Source: a virus
Reading direction: 5' to 3' (one strand)
DNA: 64,000 nucleotides
IMG/VR virus record: IMGVR_UViG_3300006076_000001
Coordinates: 29,787-93,786 of that record
Below, in pieces: positions 50,782-61,730 of this stretch. Numbering within the stretch: position 1 is the first letter of the stretch; every line of letters starts with the position of its first letter. Position numbers and translations under genes: made by a program. The notes beneath the pieces are model-generated. The model made no database searches. It saw only the letters and a program-made list of their open reading frames with translations, and had not been told where the DNA came from.

Positions 50782-52299
50782 TTAATCTTTCGGTATTTTA
50801 ATTTTAATACCGAACTCTTTTTCTAACTGAGATTTAACCCAGTCATCATCAAACTTATCTGAAATAGTGTCTAATAAATACTTATCAAACAACTCCTTTT
50901 CTAACTGAGATTCGTTAGATTTAATTAGTAAAGATGCCATTGAATGTAAATTAAACCATTTCTTTTCAGATACCAACCCTTTAATAATAGGGACAACTAT
51001 ATTGATGTTGTTAAAATTAAACCCCGTTCTGTATAACCTACCTATTAACTGAGTATATTGTCCCACTGTGTTAGGTAAGTTTAAAAGAATAATTGTATCC
51101 GCTACTTTCTGTAATCCATCAAACCCTGTAGCAATAGTATCAGTAGCAAAAAGTATCTTATACTTATCATCAGATAAAAATTGTTCTTTTATTTGTTTTA
51201 TCTGTTTGGTTTCCTCACCAGAAACCACCAAAGAGTCTGTATCATAATACTTCTTAACAAACTTTTGAGAGTATTTAACCACCAATTTATATGGAGAATA
51301 AACAAGGATTTTTTTATCCACATTATCATTAATGAAGTCCATAATCAAATCGATTTTAGGAGCTTTTTTCTTCTCTTTTAAAATCAGATAAGGAGCTGTT
51401 TCAGCTATATCAATTAAAGATAAAGGAATAGAAGTGTCTTTTTCAAAAAGATAACTTACTTTTAATCTTTCAATTGCTTCTTTTATATCTTTATGTATTT
51501 TATTAATTCTTAAAGTGTGAATAGAAACTGGAGGCATTTCCATTATATCTTTTTTTCTTCTAAAGAAAGTTTTATTTGAAATATACCCATAAAACTCTTT
51601 AACATTTTTATACCCGACAAACTGCATAACCTGTTTAATAATTTTATTACCTTTTTTTATAGGTTTTATTCTAATAGGTTTATAATAACAAAATCGATTT
51701 TTAAACCAATTTGGATTGATTTCCATAATATGAGTAATATTAAGAATATTGACTAAGTCCCATAAGTCTCTCATAACTGGAGTAGCTGTTAAAGCTAGTA
51801 ACCTTTTTGCATTTTTAGTAAGTAAAATAACAGCTTTACCTGTTTGAGAATTTGGATTTTTAGCTTTTTGAACTTCGTCCAAAATAACTAACATTTGGTC
51901 TGTAAGATAAGGCAAAAAGTAATCTATATCTGTCCTTAGTTTCTCATAATTAATTATAATAAAATTATATTCATCAAAATGAGAATAAATCTGATGTCGT
52001 TGATTTTTGGATTTAGAAGTTAAATCTACCAATTTGAAGTTGGAATTATAGAAATCTTCATCAATAAACTCTTCAATTGTTTCTTCTACTTGATAAGAAA
52101 TTGATGGGATAGTGACCCAAACTATTTTATTAATAATCCCTCTTTTAAATAATTCCATTGCATATACAATAGACATAAGGGTCTTACCAGACCCAGTCGG
52201 CAAAGCTATAAGCCCCTTTTTACTACCAGACATAAACTTAATTGCTTCTATTTGATGAGTAAATAATTTTATATTGGATTTAACAAATTCGAATGCCAT
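50782..52299 (-). CDS. SF2 (SNF2-like) helicase/translocase
   Basis: PTGSGKT, NYE, LDEVQKAKN, LTATP, QLIGRLYRTG. Confidence 0.9.
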   Translation of the reverse strand: MAFEFVKSNIKLFTHQIEAIKFMSGSKKGLIALPTGSGKTLMSIVYAMELFKRGIINKIVWVTIPSISYQVEETIEEFIDEDFYNSNFKLVDLTSKSKNQRHQIYSHFDEYNFIIINYEKLRTDIDYFLPYLTDQMLVILDEVQKAKNPNSQTGKAVILLTKNAKRLLALTATPVMRDLWDLVNILNITHIMEINPNWFKNRFCYYKPIRIKPIKKGNKIIKQVMQFVGYKNVKEFYGYISNKTFFRRKKDIMEMPPVSIHTLRINKIHKDIKEAIERLKVSYLFEKDTSIPLSLIDIAETAPYLILKEKKKAPKIDLIMDFINDNVDKKILVYSPYKLVVKYSQKFVKKYYDTDSLVVSGEETKQIKQIKEQFLSDDKYKILFATDTIATGFDGLQKVADTIILLNLPNTVGQYTQLIGRLYRTGFNFNNINIVVPIIKGLVSEKKWFNLHSMASLLIKSNESQLEKELFDKYLLDTISDKFDDDWVKSQLEKEFGIKIKIPKD

Positions 52300-52337
52300 A
52301 AACCCGACTCCTTTTTCTGAATCATCTTTTTTATTTT

Positions 52338-53341
52338 TTAAATGATTTCTTTTTCAACTTTAATTTTATTTAGTTCCACTATTAAGTTTTTTACCAGTTT
52401 ATCTATCTCCACTTTTTTATCATAAGTAAGTTTATCTATATCAAATTTAATGCTAACTTTTTCATAATCATAGGTTTGACTAATTCTTTCAAATAAAGAA
52501 ATAGACCAACCATAAAATTCATCTATGTTGTATTTATCATTTAAATTAATTTGAGCTTTATATTCAATGTAGTATTTATCATCTACATTTTGTCTGACTG
52601 TAACTGACAAAATAATTGAAATTCTATTTCCACAACCAATTGGTGTAACTCTAAAAGTAAAGTTATCTACTTCACAAGTCCCATTGATTGTATCTGGGAT
52701 TTTAAAGTTATCTGTAATTACTCCAGAAAAGTAATCTTTAATTAAATTTTTTAATTTAGGTGTAATTTTTATTTTCATTTACGACTCCTTGTTATAACTA
52801 AAAAAAAAAAGAGAGGGTTATTTTTTCATAGCTTTTTTAATTTTATTAATAACTTCTTTATAGCTATCTTTTATATCCCAACCCCCATTATTATGAACTC
52901 CATCTGCAAGTCTGCATCCACCATCATCTTTTTCATAAACCACGAAATTTCCACTTAACCCTATTGTAGCTTTTCTTCCGCTTTTTAGTGTTACTTCAAT
53001 TAGTATCATTTTCCGACTCCTTTCTTCTGATTTCTTTTTCTTACTTTTTTATAGGAAGCCAATTTCTAATTTTTAATATTATCCCTTATCATAAACCCAT
53101 AAATGTTATTCTCTGCTATATGCACCAATTTAGAGACATCCACATCTTTTATGTAAGGAAAAAGATTAATTACTTCTTCATTTTGTTTTAGTTTTTTTAC
53201 TGCTTCAGGTATTTCCTCTGTAACCTCTTCAGCCAAAGGCTTAACTATCAAATCACCCTCTTTTATTGCTTTACCATAAAGAATAGGTGATTTCATTTTA
53301 TTAAATGAGTCATAAACTTTAAAAAATTCAACCCAAACCAT
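52338..53341 (-). CDS. Three hypothetical proteins (52338-52778, 52818-53009, 53066-53341)
   Basis: ORFs with SD. Confidence 0.5.
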
Positions 53342-53880
53342 TATTTTACCTCCTGTTTTACTGTATAATTATACTCTTTATCATCACAATAAAAATGGTA
53401 ATTTATCTTTTTTGGAATAACAGAACAATTAGGACTTATTCTTTTATCAGATGGGTAGATTCTTATTATAACCACTTTAAGATAATTACATTTCATTTCG
53501 TCTATTTTTCTTTCAATTTTAGCTACCACTACTCTATTTATTCTTGGATATTCAGGAATTATATTAGTGTATTCATAAGTGGTATATAACAAAGACTTAT
53601 TAAAATCAAACCATCTATCTGCAACAATATGTCCTCTGTCTATATGTTTTTTATAATAACACTTTTTATTAGATTGTAAGTTATGAGGCAAGTCTGGGTC
53701 GTAATGGAAAGCTGGTCTTCTCTTTATAGATAAATTAGAATCTGGCATTAAATCTGCAACCACTAAAATAGAAATTTTTTTGTCTGTATCATATAATCTA
53801 ATTTGTCTGGGTTTGTATAAATAAACCAATTCGGCTAAAGAAAAAGTAACTAATAATAGAATTAAAAATAGTTTTTTCAT
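53341..53880 (-). CDS. Secreted DNA/RNA non-specific endonuclease (NucA-like His-Me finger)
   Basis: Signal-peptide-like N-terminus; RRPAFHYD, DRGH, TNIIP....N. Confidence 0.8.
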   Translation of the reverse strand: MKKLFLILLLVTFSLAELVYLYKPRQIRLYDTDKKISILVVADLMPDSNLSIKRRPAFHYDPDLPHNLQSNKKCYYKKHIDRGHIVADRWFDFNKSLLYTTYEYTNIIPEYPRINRVVVAKIERKIDEMKCNYLKVVIIRIYPSDKRISPNCSVIPKKINYHFYCDDKEYNYTVKQEVK

Positions 53881-53899
53881 ATTAACTTACCTCCCAACT

Positions 53900-55577
53900 T
53901 TATTTAAATATTATATCTTTTCTAAAATCGTGTTTGTTTTTATTCATAAAGTCTCTTGATATCATATGTAGATATTTTAGATTTTCTCTTGTAATTTGTG
54001 ATTTAGCTTTACCCTTTAACCAATCAATGAAGACTCTTAAATCATCATCACTAAAATTTGACAGCCATTTAGGAATAACAGACAATAACTCTTCTTTGTG
54101 TTGTTTAGCCAAAGATGCTCTATTTTTGGAGTTGTAAATTTTTTTCATAAAGTCTCTAAGTTTGATTATATCAAGACAACCATCATAGTTAGAATTATTT
54201 GCTACCACTCTTAAAATTTTTGGAGTAAGAGCTATAGGATAGAAAGCATTTTCCCAATATAGGTATGTAATAACAGACCTTATTTCTACTGAGGTAGTAT
54301 TTCTAAATTCATTAAATCTTCTATTTTGTTGTGATGGCAACGACCTAATGTATTTTATACTATCTATGAGGTCTTTAATTGCACTCTCTTTTAAACACAT
54401 TGATTTTAATTTATAATTAGCCTCTAAATGAATCATTTTCTTCTCCTTTATATAATTACTTGGATGTGAATATTATTACCAGCAAGTCTGTTTTTATGTC
54501 TAGCCTTAAAAGTAAATAACTCCTCTATTTCTTCATAAAGCAAGTTATATAAATCGTGGATGTTTGATGTATGTTTTGCTTCTTTGATATAACCATCAAT
54601 TAAATTAAAAATTTTGTTTATTGATTTGTCTGGTGAGTAACCTCTTTTATTTGGGATTTTAATATGAACTTCAAGAGAGTCTATTTCATCTACCAAAAGG
54701 CTATTTGGGACATTAAATGTTTTTTCAAATCTAATAACTCTCATCTTTCTCTCCTATCATCAAAATTAATGTAATCAGAAATTATATCAATAAGAGTTAA
54801 AATTGCTTCTTTACTATTTATCTTGTCTGTTTCCACATCTAATCTAAATGATGTTAATTTAGATATAGTAAATTCTTTAATAAAACAACTTTTATGATAA
54901 TCGTTATTTTTATATTTAACATACTCAGCACTAAAAGGGATTGAACGACCACATCTCTCACAAAACAACATAGTGTCTGCAATTTTGATTTTATATTCCA
55001 TCACTGACTCCTATTAACTATCCAAACTTTAATGCCAAAATTATTTAAAATAGTAAATAGTCTTTTAAACTCTTCTTCACAAGAAAGACCAAACTCACAT
55101 TTAAAATTCATAATAATGTTTGGTAAAATAAATTTTATTCTATCACCAATGATTTCTACTCTTAAATCGGTAATTTTAAATTTAATAGCAATAATATAAT
55201 CAATGATTTCTGATTTAGAATAATAAATGTCATCTCTTAAAATAGGTCTCATATCAGTTACCCCTCTTTTAAAAAATAGGAGCTTATAGAAGCCCCTCCC
55301 TTTCCATACCATCAATCCAGTTTTTAATTTCCTCTGCTTCACATTCACTAACTTCCTCTAAATTAGCAATGATTAAATCGTTTATTTCTTCTTCTAATTC
55401 TTTAATAGCAATCTGAGTATCTACTATATCAGAATCAAAAACATCATCATCATTTTCTCTATACCATTGCTCTTCTTTAACCATTAATTGTTTTCTTTCT
55501 TTAATCTTACTTAAAATGTCGCTACAAATGTCAAACATTGACTGCTCCTTTAAGGTAATTTGATACATCTTCTTCAT
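53900..55577 (-). CDS. Five hypothetical proteins (53900-54436 MIHLEA leader; 54448-54744; 54741-55004; 55001-55348; 55284-55577)
   Basis: Closely packed or coupled ORFs. Confidence 0.5.
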
Positions 55578-56142
55578 TTATTTTATAGTGAGGATAGTTA
55601 ATTCTTTTAAATAGTTCTATACCCTCTTTTGTTCTATATTCTCTCATATAATAGACCTCTTTAATTCCAGATTGGACTATAAGTTTAGCACATTGTCCGC
55701 ACGGAGCATCTGTAACAAATATAGTAGCACCCTCAATTGCAATCCCCATTTTAGCTGCCCACACAATGGCATTTTGTTCTGCGTGTACCACTATTGTATG
55801 GTCTGTCTTTGGATTACTTTCTAAATCAGAAAAATGCTCTTTAGATATTTTATGTTTGGTTCTACAATGAGGACATATGAAAGACATTATACCATTTGAT
55901 GATGTATAAACTACACCCATATTTATTAAAGATGTTATATTTATAGAAGTTTTGCAATTAGGACATTCAAGAATAGGGTATTCACATTGATTTGGAGTAC
56001 CTGTAATTGTTCCATTATACCCATTAACCAAAATCCTATTATCTTTAACAAGAACGACACCGACTTGTCTTCTCTTACAGTATGATAATTTTGAAGTTAG
56101 CAATGCATTTGCCATAAAAAACACTTGTTTTTTCTTATCCAT
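55531..56142 (-). CDS. dCMP deaminase with inserted zinc ribbon
   Basis: SYC.RRQVG, GYNG, HAEQNA, PCGQCAK; CPNC...CPHC insert. Confidence 0.92.
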   Translation of the reverse strand: MDKKKQVFFMANALLTSKLSYCKRRQVGVVLVKDNRILVNGYNGTITGTPNQCEYPILECPNCKTSINITSLINMGVVYTSSNGIMSFICPHCRTKHKISKEHFSDLESNPKTDHTIVVHAEQNAIVWAAKMGIAIEGATIFVTDAPCGQCAKLIVQSGIKEVYYMREYRTKEGIELFKRINYPHYKINEEDVSNYLKGAVNV

Positions 56143-56179
56143 AATCTGACTCCTTTTTCTGAATTAAAATAGAAATAAG

Positions 56180-56220
56180 AAAAGAGTTATTGTTTTTTGT
56201 ATAATGTGTATAACTCTTTT
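56180..56220. terminator. 11-bp inverted repeat (terminator or operator)
   Basis: AAAAGAGTTAT...ATAACTCTTTT in an intergenic region. Confidence 0.5.
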
Positions 56221-56230
56221 GCTTTTTTAG

Positions 56231-57080
56231 CTATATCTGGTACATATTTTTTATTCTGCTATCAATTTTACCACCATTAGGTAGTTGTCTAACCATTTCA
56301 TCAAGAGCTTTTTTATATAAACCATCGATTTCTTGAGAAAGTTGAGCTATTTGTCTTTCTATATTTTGTTTTTTAATGTCAAACATTTTTGTAAATTTTT
56401 GACAATGATACATCTGCATTTTCAAATAATTTTTTAGCATACCCACCATTAATTTTACCCCAACCTAATTCTGGGTCATAAATCCAAATCATTTGTTTTT
56501 TAGGGTCTAATGCTGAATCTTTAGGAATAGCAACTAATAATGCATCACCTGCTTTTAATTTAAGCACTTTTTGATTATTGAATTTTAATTTTTTAAGTTC
56601 AAAATCTCTTGGAATAGAGTCTATTTTTTGAGATGGGAAAAATGCTTGAACTGTAACATTATTTTTTACATCAACTCTTGAAACTAAATAATCTGAATAT
56701 TTAGCTGTCTCTCTTAACACCTTTGTTAAATTAGTTGCTGTTAAATGAATCATCTTTTATCTCCTTTTATTTTATTGACAATCTCCATTATCAGTAGTCC
56801 AATAATAAACAATTAATTTATTATCTTGCATTTCAATACCCACATTTTCAATAGAATCACCTACACTGTCTATCATACTTTTAGAAACTATTTGTAAAAA
56901 TGTTTCCATCTCTTTACCATTAATTGATTTGGCTTCTGCTTTAACAAACATACCATCAGCACACTTAGCCTCCACATTTGAATATTTAATTCCACTTTGG
57001 TCTAAAGCTCTTTTAAAAGCATTTTTTAATTGGTCTAATGATTGAATTGAATTTCCAAAAGCCACTTTAATTTTTGCCAT
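56231..57080 (-). CDS. Small proteins 56379-56753 (MIHLTA leader, possible frameshifted tail to 56231) and 56772-57080 (MAKIKVAF leader)
   Basis: Shared leaders, AAGGAG SDs. Confidence 0.55.
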
Positions 57081-57110
57081 TAGTTATCTCCTTTTTTTTT
57101 GTTTGCATTT

Positions 57111-57138
57111 GAAAAGAGAAGGAATCAAAACTTCTCTT
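57111..57138 (-). terminator. Rho-independent terminator
   Basis: AAGAGAAG/CTTCTCTT stem followed by a short T run. Confidence 0.5.
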
Positions 57139-58215
57139 ATTTTAGAAATTTTGATGGTATACCTAATTTAACCCTACCATTTAAAACTTTAAAAAATTTA
57201 TCACCTAACTCTGGGTCTAACATAGGAACTACACTAGCTAATTTAGCGAATTCATCTTTATTTAATACAACTTTTTTTACTGTGTTATTTTCTGTTAATT
57301 CATCGATTACTTTTCTTAATTGATAAAGGTTAATTTCTTCACTGTCTATTGGATTTATACCAAAATCTTTTGCATCTTTAACAAATCTTTTATAATAAGC
57401 ACCGATTCTATAACCTTGTCTAGTTAGGTCTATAAACCATCTAACTAATGCTGGGGCATTTTCATATAATGCAACTTTTTCTTTAACTGATTTAGTTTCT
57501 GCTATTTTATAAATGTAATCAATCACATCTCTTAAGTCTGAAACTGATATTATCATATCTTTTAAATTAGCATCTATTTCAGAAGACACTTCTCTTTGGC
57601 TTTCTTGTATATTTTCTTTGTTTTCTACAACATTATTAGCTATATTAGTAGCTGAAGTATCTTTTTGTGCTTCTTCTTGGCTTCTTTCATAAGCTTCAAT
57701 TGCATCTAAAGCTACTGATTTAGAAATTCTTTTACCATCAACATAAAAATGAGTTCCTTTATCATTCATTCTGATTTCTTTTTCTGATTTCTTTTTCTTA
57801 TTTTTTTAATATTTAATTTTTTATTATCTCTTTTTCTTATCTCAAACTTTTATAGGAAAGGGGGTCGAAATTTTTAATATTTATGTTAAGAAACTCTTTG
57901 AGAATGGAAGAAGATAATTTTCGGAGTAACACCTTTGAAGAAGAAAGCTTTACAAGTCTTACCCTTTTTATGAGTACAGATTTTAATTGTCTTTTTAGGG
58001 TCATACTCCACTGCCATAGAGTATAAATAGTCCATTTTGTTATTTTTAGAATGAGTTTCGCCTCTCTGAGTAGCTACCTTATACTGAAAAACAGAATCGA
58101 GGTCATTAGAAAAATAAGGGGTGCGATTAGAAGAAAGAGTAGGAAAAATACCTTTTTTGTATAACTCTCTTTCTTCTTTATTACCCAATCTGTAAATAGT
58201 CTCTCTTACTTTCAT
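57137..58215 (-). CDS. Two hypothetical proteins (57137-57769 containing the 83-bp element; 57886-58215)
   Basis: ORF track. Confidence 0.5.
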
Positions 58216-58898
58216 TTTTTACAAACCTTATCAATAGTAGTAATTACTTTATATCTATCACTCAATTGAGCTTTAACTAATTGGGTGAACTCCACAGTAG
58301 AACTTGAAACTAAGTCATCTTTATTATCTAAATACCATTTAAAAATGAAATGATTATCCTCTTCATCGCCCCACATTTTTTGGTATCTACCCTCTTTGTA
58401 TCCATTATCTTTTCTAAAACTATTTAAAGTCTTTTTAACCAAATAAAGAGAATATAAATCTATTATGTTATCAACTCCTGCCAACTTAGTTAATTTTACC
58501 AATGCCTCATAATTTATCATTTCAGCTAAAGATGAATGTAAAAATACATCTACAACAAGATATCTAACATTAGCCTCAAAAGAGTCTTTTTCTAATTGTA
58601 AAGGGTTATTAAAAAATAAATTAATTCTATCAAAAATCACATTTCTGGTTATTTCTGGGTGATAAGCTAATGAAGAAAGGAAGAAATGCCACGCATCTAT
58701 TATTTCAATTAAAAAATTAATTTTATCCTCTTTACCTTTAGCCCACCATTTATGATTGATTGATTCCATTGCCTCCATTAACTCTGCCATTATTTCAGCA
58801 TACCAATCTTTAATGGTTAAAGACTCTTTCCAATTAGGCAATAACTTATCATTCAATTCATATTGCTCTTTAAACATTTCTTCTAATAAATATGTCAT
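58212..58898 (-). CDS. Dimeric all-alpha dUTPase (Campylobacter type)
   Basis: Q.ELN, ELMEAMES..HKWW, EIIDAWHF, LN.FRKDNGYKEG.Y.K.W..EEDN. Confidence 0.88.
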   Translation of the reverse strand: MTYLLEEMFKEQYELNDKLLPNWKESLTIKDWYAEIMAELMEAMESINHKWWAKGKEDKINFLIEIIDAWHFFLSSLAYHPEITRNVIFDRINLFFNNPLQLEKDSFEANVRYLVVDVFLHSSLAEMINYEALVKLTKLAGVDNIIDLYSLYLVKKTLNSFRKDNGYKEGRYQKMWGDEEDNHFIFKWYLDNKDDLVSSSTVEFTQLVKAQLSDRYKVITTIDKVCKK

Positions 58899-60582
58899 AA
58901 TAATCCTCCTTTGACAAGATACGCTCTATTTTTTGTTTAATATAAAAAATTGAAAAGTAGATTTTTATTGACAAATCAAAAATGTGATAGTCTTTTATGA
59001 ATTCATAATTTTTGTCTATTTGATGAAATTGAGATAGCATAATATTTACCCATCTAGCATAAGATTTAACCTGATTATAAGGTATTGAAGAAAAGTCTTT
59101 GCATTCTATTTCTTGAAGTTTTCTATGCCATCTTTTGAGAAACTCTAATAATTGTTCTCTGTTTTCAAAAGAAAGAGGAAAAACCATTTTATTGTTCCTC
59201 TAACTCTTCAGTTATTACTTTTAGCATTTCGTCCATACCTAAACAATTTTTAACAAGAATAAACTCAAGCATAGCAAAATACTCAACAACAGATTCATTA
59301 TCTAACACCATTGAAACTGCTTCGGCTGTCATTGTTTTTTTAGGGTATTTTTCATCAATGTCAATTATTATCTCAGCTAATGCTAAAAATCCTTTATTTC
59401 CAGTTTTAAAATAATGAGTCATCACCATAGTAACAATTGACTCATAATGGGAATAAGCTACTGAATTAAAAATGTTAATAACAAATGCTCTTTGCACTTC
59501 ACTTAATTCATTTAGTTTAGATAAAAAGTATCCTCTAGCACTTGGTTGTAATAAAACACTTCCCACTGTCAATAAATCTGATGTTATATTATCAATAAAT
59601 TTTGAATCTACACCATAAGCTTTTGGAATAGATTCAACACTGTGATTTATAACATCTACTGTCACATTATCCTTAATTTTGTTAAACACTTCGTTAATTT
59701 TTGCTTTTACTTCATTTACTGGAACTTTTTTAGGTCTGATTTCCATTTTCTGACTCCTTTTTGATTTATTTCGTATCTTTATACGAAAATCGCTTCTTAT
59801 TTTTAATATTATTCAACTATTATTTTAGAAAAGTTATCTTCAGCCCATTTATAAAAATCTGTAGTTATCAAGACATCATTTTTAATATAAGATTTAATTA
59901 TAATTTTATCTCTTGAAAATTTAACACCATTTTCTTCCAATAATTTAATTCTTCTTTTAAGTATATTTAGAGTAGAATCTATTTCTAATAACATATCATC
60001 TACATAAACAACAGGAAATTTATCTTTAACAATTAAAGCGTTATCCAATTCATAAACCTCAAATAAAGTTAAGTTCAAGATGTTTATTAATTTAGATACA
60101 AGAGCAACAAAATAATTAGTAGAATTAGAAAAATACTTAGTTATAATAAACTCAAATAAGAACTTTTCTACATCTTTGTGATATTCCAACCACAAATCAA
60201 AATACTTTTTGTCCCATTTATTAATTTTAATATACCTATTAATAATATTTGTGTATTGATTTTTAATCTGAACGGCTTTTGTTTTAACTTTTTGTTTAAT
60301 TTCCTCAATTTCTTTAACTGAAAGTTGATTTTCTTCTTCCTGTGTATGCACTCTTAATAAAAAGTTTTCCAACCATAGTATAAATATAAACCATAAGTTA
60401 TACTTCAATAAAACAACCTCTTTTGCAAGAGGCGAAAATTGATGATTAGGTGCATTATAAATAATCTCAGAAAGAGTTTCTGATTGTTTAAGCTTAAAAA
60501 CTCCCAACCATTTACTAGTGATAATCCTATACTCTATATTATTAGGTTTATATTCGGAACACTCATTCAAAATGCTAAACAT
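58870..60582 (-). CDS. Three hypothetical proteins (58870-59187, 59189-59746, 59809-60582)
   Basis: ORFs with SD. Confidence 0.5.
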
Positions 60583-60600
60583 TTTACAAACTCCTTTTTA

Positions 60601-61152
60601 TTATTTCAATCGTTTGTTACCAACACCAATTATGGTATTAATTAAATCTTTAATAAAAGAAAAGTCTTTATCTATTTCTTTTTCAATTAATTGTAATTTA
60701 GTAAGTAAATTTGATAATAAGTCTTCTAACCCATCTAAACTTTTTTCAAATTGACCTATTCTGGCATCGGATTTAACTAATCTGGTTTCTAAATCGTAGG
60801 TTTGTTTTCTCAAAGCTTCAATTGTATCTTTTATATCTTTTACACTAACATCTATTAAATTAGTTTTAGTTTCCAAAGATGACAAAATCTCTTTTAATTT
60901 ATCTACCACCTCTTTAGTAGATTTATTTAAATTATGAGTTTCATCTAAAGTAGATTTTATAGCTTTATTATCATTTAATGCCCTTTTCCTAAAAAAGAAT
61001 AAAAAAGTCCAAATAGAACTTAAACCAAATATAACAATTATCATTACTTGATGAAAGTTTAAATTGTGTATTAGTTTTTCTGCGTGTGAAAGTACCCATA
61101 CAAAAAATGATGAAAATATGCCATCCATCGTCCAATTACCTCCATTTATCAA
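60601..61152 (-). CDS. Membrane-anchored coiled-coil protein next to the endolysin (holin/antiholin candidate)
   Basis: One TM helix plus coiled coil; overlaps the endolysin stop. Confidence 0.45.
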   Translation of the reverse strand: MINGGNWTMDGIFSSFFVWVLSHAEKLIHNLNFHQVMIIVIFGLSSIWTFLFFFRKRALNDNKAIKSTLDETHNLNKSTKEVVDKLKEILSSLETKTNLIDVSVKDIKDTIEALRKQTYDLETRLVKSDARIGQFEKSLDGLEDLLSNLLTKLQLIEKEIDKDFSFIKDLINTIIGVGNKRLK

Positions 61153-61730
61153 ACCATAATTTTATCTCTTAATATATCTATAAATTTTAAAACTCGCTTA
61201 TTTATCCAACCTTTTAAATATTTTAAATTTTTAGGTCTTTTTATAGTAATCAATATATAATATTTAGCTCTGAGAATAAGTAAATACATTCTAAGTAATG
61301 TTAAATCAGATTTAAATAACATAGATAGAGTGTGATTCCCTATGATGTTATCTTCTATTAAAATCTTCTTACCAAAAGTAGAGTTGATTGCTTTCTGTAG
61401 CAACTTACCACCAAGACCTGTATTAATATGTGTATCTAAAATATAGAGAGCTACCCATTTGTCATACTTTACTAATTCATCTCCTTTAATAGGTAGCCAA
61501 AAGTGTTTATAATAGATTTCCTTAGCTTTTTCTTTTGTTAAAGATTTAATATCATCTTTATTAATAATCCCATCTTTAGTTAAATCAAGACTGTGAAATT
61601 TTAAAAATGATAAAGAGATACCATATTTAGTAGTACCCCCTTTATCATCTGGGTCATCTACAAACCCACCCTCAAAATTATCAATAATAAACTCAATAGC
61701 CCAATCAAAAAATGTTTTATTTGAGTCCAT
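61149..61730 (-). CDS. Endolysin, glycoside hydrolase family 108
   Basis: FEGGFVDDPDDKGGTTKYGIS, LT.E.A..IY...FW, D.IIG..T, GW..R. Confidence 0.92.
   Translation of the reverse strand: MDSNKTFFDWAIEFIIDNFEGGFVDDPDDKGGTTKYGISLSFLKFHSLDLTKDGIINKDDIKSLTKEKAKEIYYKHFWLPIKGDELVKYDKWVALYILDTHINTGLGGKLLQKAINSTFGKKILIEDNIIGNHTLSMLFKSDLTLLRMYLLILRAKYYILITIKRPKNLKYLKGWINKRVLKFIDILRDKIMV

Noticed and set aside
1625-60754. Short + strand ORFs in the track (e.g. 1625-1846, 6818-7009, 30074-30355)
   Set aside because: Antisense shadows of minus-strand genes with no recognisable motifs
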